Assembly: GCF_004010195.1 (NCBI RefSeq)
Contig: NC_057719.1
Location: 47,621,217-47,641,216, forward strand
Length of the DNA: 20,000 bases
Source: Chiloscyllium plagiosum
Taxonomy: Eukaryota
Direction: 5' to 3'
Part shown: positions 11,131 through 20,000 of the stretch, piece by piece
Numbering within the stretch: position 1 is the first letter of the stretch
Layout of the letters: every line of letters starts with the position of its first letter
The notes under the pieces: generated by a model
Databases searched by the model: none
Seen by the model: only the letters and a program-made list of their open reading frames with translations
Told to the model about the DNA's origin: nothing
Made by a program: the position numbers and the translations under genes

Positions 11131-11876
11131 TATATTAGATCATCATCATTTATTCTTGGAAATTAAAATAAGGACAAAAACTTATCCATTAAATAGTTTT
11201 CATATTTATCTATGCACTTTTTAAAAAACTGCTGATTATATTATGACAATTTTTAAAATATTAATAGAACCACCAGGTAATAGCTGTTCCATGAGGCTTA
11301 TTTATATATAGTGTTATTAAAGGATACAGTCTAAAATTATTTTTTTTTAAAAAATCATAGATTCATAAGTATATCTTGAACTTTTAAACAGAGATTTTAC
11401 TGAGGAAAAGACATTCATTACAACAACATTTATGGCACCTGCAAGGAGCAGAGAACACAACTAGGGTCATACATTCTGTAGAATTTTAAGAGGATGGTCA
11501 TATGGTCCAGTTTAAGTAGGATAAGATTATACCATTTTTGAACGGAGTTTTGTTTTTACCTATCCAAAGAACACCTGCCCATTGTTACCCCTCTCTTTCT
11601 TTGAAATTCCTCTCAGCAAAACATTTCAGCTGAAATCCCACCAACAGTCATCTTTACTCATGGATAATTCCTGAAGTAGATTTTTTGGCAACTATCCAAT
11701 TATCTGAAACACTATGAATTCAGCCAACAACTGTTCCAGGAAGACAACACAGTATCACCTCAGCAGCAAAGAACATCATTGTCTATCTATTAACAGCTAT
11801 CAGATGGTCTCTTTATGAATGCCTGGCTGAGCTCCAAAAATAATTCACTTAGTTCAGCAAGTAAAGCATAAACAGT

Positions 11877-12635
11877 GAGTTTTGAGAAGATTTGTAGCGC
11901 AGGTTAAGGTTCTGGGTGTAGGTTTGCTCACTGAGCTGGAAGGTTCAGATGTTCCATCACTATACTAGGCAACATCTTCAGTGAGCCTCCGAATAAAGCA
12001 CTGATGGTGTAGCCTGCTTTCTATTTATATGTTTGGGTTTTCTTGGGTCAGTGATGTAATTTCCTGTGGTGACATCATTTCTTATGGTGATGCCATTTCC
12101 TGTTCTTTTTCTCAGGGGGTGGTAAATGGGATCCAAGACAATGTGTTTGTTGATAGAGTTTTGGTTGAAAGACCTTGCATGAACTGTAACAAAATTACAT
12201 TGGACAAACAGGCAGAAAACTAGCCACCAGGATGCATGAACATCAACTAGTCGCAAAAAGACATGACCCACTCTCACTCGTATCCTTACATACAGATGAG
12301 GAAGGATACCACATCAACTGAGGCAACACATCCATCCTAGGAGACAAGCCAAACAGAGACACACACACAAGAATTCCTAGAAGCCTGGCATTCCAACCGA
12401 AACTCTATCAACAAACACATTGACTTGGATCCCATTTACCGCCCCCTGAGAAAAAGAACTAGAAATGACATCACCACAGGAAATGGCATCACCAGCTCAA
12501 GGAAACCCAAACATATAAATAGAAAGTGGGCTACACCACCAGTGTTTCATTTGGAGGCTCACTGAAGATGTTACCTAGTATTGTGATGAAATGTCCAAAA
12601 ATGAACCTTCCAGCTCAGTGAGCAAACCTACATCC
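11877..12635 (+). mobile_element. 5'-truncated Penelope-like retroelement: GIY-YIG endonuclease remnant plus pLTR, with an inverted pLTR copy at the 5' end
   Basis: PCMNCNK-(frameshift)-YIGQTGRKLATRMHEH from about 12173, then EFLEAWHSNRNSINKHIDLDPIY. 11912-12168 is the inverted copy of about 12391-12635. 14-bp TSD aaagcataaacagt at 11863-11876 and 12636-12649. Confidence 0.9.
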
Positions 12636-13505
12636 AAAGCATAAACAGTTTGAAGTGGAATAGAAACTTGTGTTGACTTTTATATTACCATGTAACAACC
12701 TGGTCTTTCTTTGAAAGTTTTTCCACATTTGTATGTATATTTACATAAGATTGAGAGATCTGCTATGGATAACAGCTTTTTGAAATTGAAAAGGTAAGAG
12801 GGAAATATATTTTGATGGAAATATTGAATGATTGCCAGGTAAAAGAAAAACAACAGCCAAAATTACTCAAATAGGAATGTGCAGGAATCCCAAATTGGGA
12901 TGTATCTGCCATTCTTAAATACATCATGAATCAGCAAAAATCCTGGCATTGGACCCTGTCTTTCTTGTTTCAATCTTTATCTGTATTTGTTACATTTGTT
13001 CTATTTTGCTTGGTTAGGCTTTATTTTGAAATGTCTCTTCTCTGAATGTTTTCCACACACACTGTCTTGAGGATTTTTCTGCATCTTTGATTTTTGGGTG
13101 CAACACGCAGAATTAAAATGGCATTTATGCAAAGCTGAAATATGGCCCCTCAGAAAAGCCCATATTTCTACAGATACGTTAGCCTGATTTTGTTTACCAA
13201 ATCGTTTAAAAATTCTTGCCATTTGAGTGCAGAGTACAGCTTTCGTTTCTTTTGATCCTATGTCTTTAATTGTATAAGACCATAATAATAATCATACATC
13301 AGAATAAAATGATTATAATTATTCCATTTTTGATAGATTGTTTATTTGGTGATTTATATTTAAACAGTGGCTCCACTAATTTTGGATAATTATCACTGTT
13401 ATCATATACTTGGTATTAGAAAAAAAGATCACACTTTAAAATGGGGCTAGAATGATTTAAAAATGAAGATAAATACTAAATAACATTTTTAAATGTAATA
13501 CTTAC

Positions 13506-13537
13506 CTTGGAGTCTCCTACTGTAAATTTCAACAATT
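13506..13537 (-). CDS. GCH1: GTP cyclohydrolase 1, exon 4 (32 nt): (R)IVEIYSRRLQ
   Basis: Acceptor ttttctttttcAG, donor AAG|GTaagt. 32 nt; peptide matches human exon 4. Confidence 0.96.
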
Positions 13538-14787
13538 CTGAAAAAGAAAATCAGGCACTATTTTTAATATTAAGTCTGACATTCCAGTGAGTAAATTAGG
13601 GAACCACATACTTCTTTAACATAAATGCTAAAGTAATAATGCAGCAAACTAACTGGCATTGTATATTGAAACATATGTTATTCATTAAAAATGATTAGAT
13701 TACTGTTTCCACTTATCAAAGTCATCAGAGTTTTTGAGAGTGAGGTATAACATCGTTTTAGCCTTTCATGTAAAAATATGTTTGATTAGTTGGAGCTACT
13801 ACTGTACTTGTTACACTTGCATGAGCCACAGTAGAAATATTTCAATGTGTTGTGACAAATAAAACTTCTCTTATACCCAAACTATTCCCAAATGTTTTAA
13901 AGATTTATTTGAATATGGTTGTGTTTTAAAGTTCAGATTATTTGCTTTAATGTTATTCATTTGAAATAAACTGAAGCATATGAGTTAACGATCTATATAA
14001 AAAGACTGAAATAAGGATATTTTGAAATGTGAAAACATGCTTCATTACTTGAATGGCTAAAAATTACAGACAGATAGGTATTGAACATTTCTTTGTTTAT
14101 AAAAAGAACTATATCATATTATCCTATAATATTTTCTACAGATAATGGAAGCATAAGAAAAATGTTTCAGTCACAGAGAAGCTTTGTAAAATAAAAGGAG
14201 TTGAAGGGTTTCCATTCTCTGGTTTGGTTGGTCAGGTGAATTTTCATTTCAAGCTCACTGAAGTGCATGTGCCCCTACCCTGAAGGTCATATAAAATGTC
14301 AGTGCTTCATGGGTGATCAATATCAAGATAATAAGGAATAAAAGTTTCTTTTTTTTAATGAAACAAGTTGTGCTTTTTTAAAAAAAATAATCTTCCTGCA
14401 GTCATATAGCCCTTCACTGTTGTATTTTCAATGTAAATGACTATCTTTTGAATATACATTGATTGTAATGTTTCAGTCTTATAAGTAAATTGAAGAATTG
14501 CATGCTTCTTAAAAAGAAATGCAAAAATAGTGATCTGAAAAAACTAACTTGACATCCTGTATTTAAAACAATTAACAGATAAGTAATTGTTTTGTAACAA
14601 ATGGAATCAGGATTTTTTTCAAGTGCATGAAAACCAGCATTTTTACTTTAAGTAGGGACATGTTTGATGGTTAGAGCTACTGTACTTTCTGTCACACTTA
14701 TCAGATGTAATCATATTTGAATAATCAGCTTATGTTTACTTGGGTCACTCAAGTTATGTTTAGTATCGACTGTAAAGTGTAAACACA

Positions 14788-15164
14788 TCATAGTGTCATT
14801 GAGACGTACAGCACGAAAATAGACCCTTCGGTCCAACTTGTCCATGCCAACCAGTTATCCTAAATAAATCTAGTCCCATTTCCCAGCATTTGTCCCATAT
14901 CCCTCTAAATCCTTCCTATAAATCTCCCCATCCAGATGCCTCTTAAATGTTGTAATTGTACCAGCCTTCTCCACTGCCTCCAGCAGCTTGTTAGGGCTTA
15001 TGCCCGAAACGTCGATTCTCCTGTTCCCTGGATGCTGCCTGACCTGCTGCGCTTTTCCAGCAACACATTTCCAGCTCTGATCTCCAGCATCTGCAGACCT
15101 CACTTTCTCCCCATACACCATCACCCTCTGCATGAAAATGTTGTCCCTTATGTCCTTTTTAAAT
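14788..15164 (-). mobile_element. CR1/HER1-type LINE 3' end interrupted by a family-1 Penelope-derived arm
   Basis: Reverse complement is homologous to 9050-9373. The sequence is continuous across the insertion (cagcttgtt|ccatacacc). Confidence 0.85.
14993..15110 (+). mobile_element. Single arm plus tail of a family-1 Penelope-derived element
   Basis: Near-identical to 11010-11127. No partner arm and no TSD seen. Confidence 0.85.
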
Positions 15165-16022
15165 GTAACATGTATAAGCTTTCTGTATGTATAACTGAGG
15201 AGAATTTCAACCTATGGAATATTTCAATTTTAAAGCTGTCTGCAAAGCAATACCTCTTATTTTCCCTGATTAGTAGTAGCATAGCATACTTTAACACGAG
15301 GAGTCGTACTTAAATACGCCATATATTTTGAAAGATATATAAATCTGAAAGGTTACAAAAATACTTATGTGAGTCAGGCTGAACGTTAATAATAGGTATT
15401 TAAATGTAAACTCTTTGGTCATTTTGTTCAATAGCTAGGAAATGAATTGTAAGTGTTGTTATTACTGGCTTGGCAGGTTTCGTCAAAATAGAATCACACA
15501 TTTATTATAAAATGTCACAAGTTTGATCAATATATACAGCTTTAATGTACTTCAATACTAAAAAGTTTAAATTAAGAATCCAGCAATATGTGACTGCATT
15601 ACTAATTGATTTGTGATTACAGAAAGAAAGCAGAACAGCTTGTTTGATATTTCTATTACTCTCCTAGAATGGTGAATATAGCAGACAAAATTCTGACTAT
15701 CCAGAAATAAACTATTCAGAATAATACTGCACTAAGATAGATAGTTAAAGAAAAAAGCAATACAAATACAAATGCAGCTTGAAGCTAAGAAGGTATCCGT
15801 TTAGTCCTAAAATGTTTTTAACTTTGAGAATCATCAGTAATACATTCTTTAATTATTCTGTATAAATTAATAACTTCTTAACACACATTATCCTCCACTT
15901 TCTTCAATAAAATTTAAATATTACAATTTAAGAATGAATGTACAAGGAAAAACAAAATAATGTCATTGATTTGGAGTAATTAAGCCCTATTTGACTCTCA
16001 GCCATTGTCAATCAGTCCTTAC

Positions 16023-16078
16023 CTGGCAAGCTTGCTGAGACCAAGGAGTCGTTTTTCAGGTAGATAACCTATATGCAC
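16023..16078 (-). CDS. GCH1: GTP cyclohydrolase 1, exon 3 copy B (56 nt): VHIGYLPEKRLLGLSKLA(R)
   Basis: Acceptor gttttctttccatcctgtAG, donor CAG|GTaagg. 56 nt as in human exon 3 (VHIGYLPNKQVLGLSKLAR); GLSK motif intact. Confidence 0.95.
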
Positions 16079-16786
16079 CTACAGGATGGAAAGAAAACAT
16101 TGACTACACCTGACCACACACAGAAGGGACCAAGAAAATTCTCAGCCAGGTCAAAATTGAAGTATCTGTAGACAAGAGAGATGCTGACATTTTGTGATGG
16201 GTCCCGAATCAGTATGAGGCCAAATGTGTGCAATGGAATGACCATTCAATCATGAGCAGCCCTTTGGAATAAATAGCAAGCTCTGAGTAATATGCCTTTA
16301 GAGAAAACTGCTCATTCAAATTCAAGCCAAATGAACTAAACTATACAGTACTGATTTTCTAAAGCTAGCAGCAGCCAGTGCTGTATATCTCAAGTCTTTG
16401 GCAAAACATTAATTATAAAAAATTCCAGCAATAAAATTATTTTACTTATCCAAGCCAATGACACCCACAGTCATATGGGTACATCTTGAGCACAGAAATG
16501 TTATAATATTCAGTACTTAAAATTAAAATAATAACATTTTGTTTCATTAAAGAAGATACACATGCACATACAATTGCAGCAGCTTTAGCATTAGTTTTCT
16601 GTCTTTTGTCTAACCAAAGACTGAGGGTATTGCCACAGATAACAACAGTAAGAGAAATGCAGCCTTTGTTTCATTGGGTGCCATTTCCAATCTAGTCTGG
16701 AACAGTGAGCACTCAACCAAAAGTACAGCATCTATCGCTCCTATTTGTTGTATCTGTCTCTGTCACAGGCACTTGAGCCTAGTTAC

Positions 16787-16842
16787 CTGGCTAACTTGCT
16801 CACTCCTATAACTTTTCTGTTTGGTAAATAACCAATTGAAAC
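16787..16842 (-). CDS. GCH1: GTP cyclohydrolase 1, exon 3 copy A (56 nt; putative mutually exclusive exon): VSIGYLPNRKVIGVSKLA(R)
   Basis: Acceptor ctgtctcctttttttcAG, donor CAG|GTaact. Exactly 56 nt, phase 0 to phase 2, open frame, homologous to the GCH1 exon 3 peptide (IGYLP...GxSKLAR). Confidence 0.88.
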
Positions 16843-17564
16843 CTGAAAAAAAGGAGACAGTTTGAAATTCACTAAATAATTCTCAATTGCACAACTTTAT
16901 TTATAATTATTAATATATAAATAGCACTCCAGCAACTTTAGTGACCTCAAGTCAGGATGGACAGAGGCGAAATACTAAAGCATGAGGAATAACAGTAATT
17001 AATGATAACTGAAGCAAGAAGCTCCAAGAACAATGTAATTAAATATACTGCTGCAGTTACTTTCCCTATTAACAAATGTAAAATAAAACTGGTCTATAAA
17101 CTAAAAAACCTTCTGCCGAGCAAGGAGAACAGAACTGTAAGAACAATACAATCTTAAAGCATACTTTGACCAGAAAATGAAGAGAATGTGTTTCTACTTG
17201 CTATAAAACATAGACTAGAATAAATGGAAAAATATAATTGTTATTGAATGGTTTCTTCAGGCATTATAGTCTATAACAATAATAATTTTAAAATTTCCTT
17301 CCAGAGCATAATGAGTTAAATATAACTATGTAATTTGTTTTTGCAATTTATTGCTGTCATTGTCAGGTTGGACAAAGTTCTGCCTATTACGATCTAGTTT
17401 AATTTGGTGACATCTGCCCTACAGCATTTGCTGTATTCCTCAAAGTGCATTGAAATAAATGTCAAGATAAAGGAGGGTAAATTATCCATTTTCTTTTGAA
17501 AATTAATATTTGCATTCCTTACCAAAAAGTTACAAGTCAGGTTTTGGAACTGTGATTCACATCA

Positions 17565-17771
<207 letters not shown>

Positions 17772-17894
17772 TCAAAAGACAGGTCACATATTAAAAAGCA
17801 AATGACACATTAAATTGATTACATTTCTTGCTGCTAAACACCCAGTGCAGGATTGGGGAGTGATGGGGTATAGGTTGTTTAGTAAGATGAAAAA

Positions 17895-18750
17895 TAGATG
17901 GAATCAGCCATATGGCTTCTTGAGTCTGCACTACCATTCAATAAGATTATGGCTAATCTGATTTTGGTCAGATCTTTACCTTCCTGTGTGCTTCCCATAA
18001 TCCCTGATTGCTCAATTGTTCAGAATCTCTTTCATCTTTGGATGTATTCAACTATCATTGTCCAGGGTAAAGAAACTAGATGTTTAACCACCCTTGGGGA
18101 AAAATAATCCTCTTCATTGCTGTTTTAAATAAAAACTTCCAATTCTGAAACTATGCCCCGAAATCTGGATTTCCCCACAAACCTCCTCTCAGTATCTACT
18201 GTTAAACCCCACAGAACCTCCTATGTTTGAATAAAACCACCTATAATTCTTATGAATTTGAATGAGAATATGACCAACCTTTTCTCATGTGATAACTTCA
18301 TAATAAGGAGCAACCTAGCAATTTTTTCTGAACTGTCTGCCATGAAACTCCTGAAATAAGGAGAACGAAACTGAACATTCTCCATGTCTGCGTGGGTTTC
18401 CTCCGGATGCTCCAGTTCCCTCCGACAATCTAAAGATGTGCAGGTTAGGTGAATTGGCCACGCTAAATTGCGCGTAATGTTCAGGGATGTTTAGGTTAGG
18501 TGCATTAGTCAGGGGTCAATGTAGGTAAGGGAACGGGTCTGCATGGGTCATTCTTCAAAGGGTTGGTGTGGACTTGTTGGGCTGAAGGGCCTGTTTCCAC
18601 ACCGTAGGGATTCTATGAATCTATGTACACTGTATCCCAGGTTTGGTTTTACCAATGCCTCAGAGTTGCAGCAAGAGTTCCCTGCTGTTATATTTTATCT
18701 CACTTACAATGCAAGCTGATGTTCCAATGACCTTCTGAATTAACTTGCTT
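17895..18750 (-). mobile_element. Old CR1-type LINE 3' fragment interrupted by an HE1-like SINE, approximate bounds
   Basis: Starts with gaatcagccatatggcttcttgagtctgcactaccattcaataagattatggct (reverse of a CR1 3' UTR) and resumes after the SINE at 18626. Confidence 0.6.
18375..18625 (+). mobile_element. 5'-truncated HE1-like (V-SINE) element
   Basis: V-domain-like gtctgcgtgggtttcctccggatgctccagttccctcc...aaagatgtgcaggttaggtgaattggcc, and a LINE-derived 3' tail gggctgaagggcctgtttccac...gattctatgaatctatg. Confidence 0.85.
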
Positions 18751-18764
18751 AAAAATTTAATTCA

Positions 18765-19545
18765 GGAAATATGGGCTATAGTCAGCATTTGCTGTCCATT
18801 CCCAATTGCCCTCAAGAAGGTGGTGCTGAACTGACTTCTTTAACCACTTTATGTAGGTAGACCCACAATGCTGTTAAGGAGAGAGTTCCAGGATTTTGAC
18901 CCAGTGCCACTGAAGGGACAGTGATATATTTCCAAGTCAGGATGGTGAGTGACTTGTTGGGGGGGTAGAAACTTACAGGTGGGGGTGTTCCCGTGTATCT
19001 GCATCCTTGTTCTTCTAGATAGTTGTGGGCATGGGTTTGGAACATACTATCCAAGGAGACTTGGTGAATTCCTGCAGTACATCTTGTGGAATAGCAGCAG
19101 TGTCTATACCTGAGCATCAGATGGTAGAGGAACTAGATGTGGATGTGGTGTCAATCAGTCGGACTGCTTTGTTATGGATCGTATCAAGCTTCTTGCATGT
19201 TGTTGGAGCTGTACTCATCCAGACAAGTGTGGAGTATTCCATTGCACTCCTGAGATATGCCATTTAAATAGTGGGCAGGCTTTAACAAGTCAGGAGGGGA
19301 GTCAGTCACCTCAAAATTCCTCACCTTGACCTGCTCTTGGTTTGACAGTGTTCATGTAGTTTGCCAAATTCAGTTTTTGATTTATGGTAACCCCACAGGA
19401 TTTTGATACTGTCAAATTCAACAATAGTAATGCAATTGATTGTCAAAAGGTGATGGTCAGATTCTTGCTTGCTGGAGATAGTCATTGTTGAGCAGTTATG
19501 TGGCAAAATGCTACTTGTCAGTTGTCAGCCCAACCTTGAATATTA
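18765..19545 (-). mobile_element. Non-LTR retrotransposon (CR1/L2-group) RT C-terminus and 3' UTR, decayed
   Basis: Minus-strand remnants NIQGWADN*QV, TMTISSKQES, SLTILTWKYITVPSVALGQNPG. A related + strand fragment lies at about 6790-6930. Confidence 0.7.
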
Positions 19546-19675
19546 AACCGAGTCATTAAACCTAGATCTGTAACTGCATGCTTAATTTTTATGTTTCATG
19601 TGCAGACCTCTCTGTGCCAGAGTATTCTGTAGCAACACTTCATTCAAATAAAATTCTGCTTTTCTATGCATCCAG

Positions 19676-20000
19676 ATTTCAATGCAAGGGGCCTAACAGG
19701 GAAGGGCATGGTTAGGAACATGGACTGGGATACCATAGCAATTACGGAAACGTGGCTCAGGGATGGGCAGGACTGGCAGCTTAATGTACCAGAATACAAA
19801 TGCTATAGGAAGGATAGAAAGAGAGGCAAGAGAGGAGGGGGAGTGGCATTTTTGATAAGGGATGGCATTACAGCTGTGCTGAGGGAGGATATTCCCGGAA
19901 ATACATCCAGGGAAGTTATTTGGGTGGAACTGTGAAATAAGAAAAAGGATGATCACCTTATTGGGATTGTATTATAGACCCCCCAATAGTCATCAGAGAA
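19676..20000 (+). mobile_element. CR1 LINE ORF2 N-terminal apurinic-type endonuclease (APE) domain, pseudogenized, runs off the window
   Basis: FNARGL...WDTIAITETWL...YRKDRKRGKRGGGVAFLIR...IWVEL*, then YYRPPNS in another frame. In-frame stop and frameshift. Confidence 0.9.

Noticed and set aside
13001..13222. 73-aa minus-strand ORF (MARIFKRFGKQ...) in intron 4
   Set aside because: No homology to GCH1 exons or to any protein I recognise; length compatible with chance.
16441..16490. Minus-strand peptide ...VGVIGLDK* resembling VIGLSK, between exons 3A and 3B
   Set aside because: Only a few residues match, a stop follows immediately, and there is no GYLP motif or matching splice geometry.

Overview
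AT-rich vertebrate genomic DNA, probably from a shark or other elasmobranch (inferred from HE1-like and Deu/SacSINE-like SINEs, CR1/L2 LINEs and Penelope-type repeats). The window holds the 3' part of a GTP cyclohydrolase 1 gene (GCH1 family) on the minus strand: exons 2-6, with the canonical vertebrate sizes of 110/56/32/85/127 nt of coding sequence. Exon 1 lies beyond position 20000. The main finding is that exon 3 occurs twice (16787-16842 VSIGYLPNRKVIGVSKLAR; 16023-16078 VHIGYLPEKRLLGLSKLAR). Both copies are 56 nt, open and flanked by AG/GT sites, and including both or neither gives an immediate stop, which points to mutually exclusive exons swapping an active-site segment. The introns and downstream flank also carry Penelope-derived hairpin elements with 13-16 bp target-site duplications and hammerhead-ribozyme-like cores, a Penelope GIY-YIG remnant, nested LINE/SINE fragments, and a short mosaic copied in reverse from DNA 0.5-0.8 kb away. 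None of the ORFs in the supplied track looks like a host gene.
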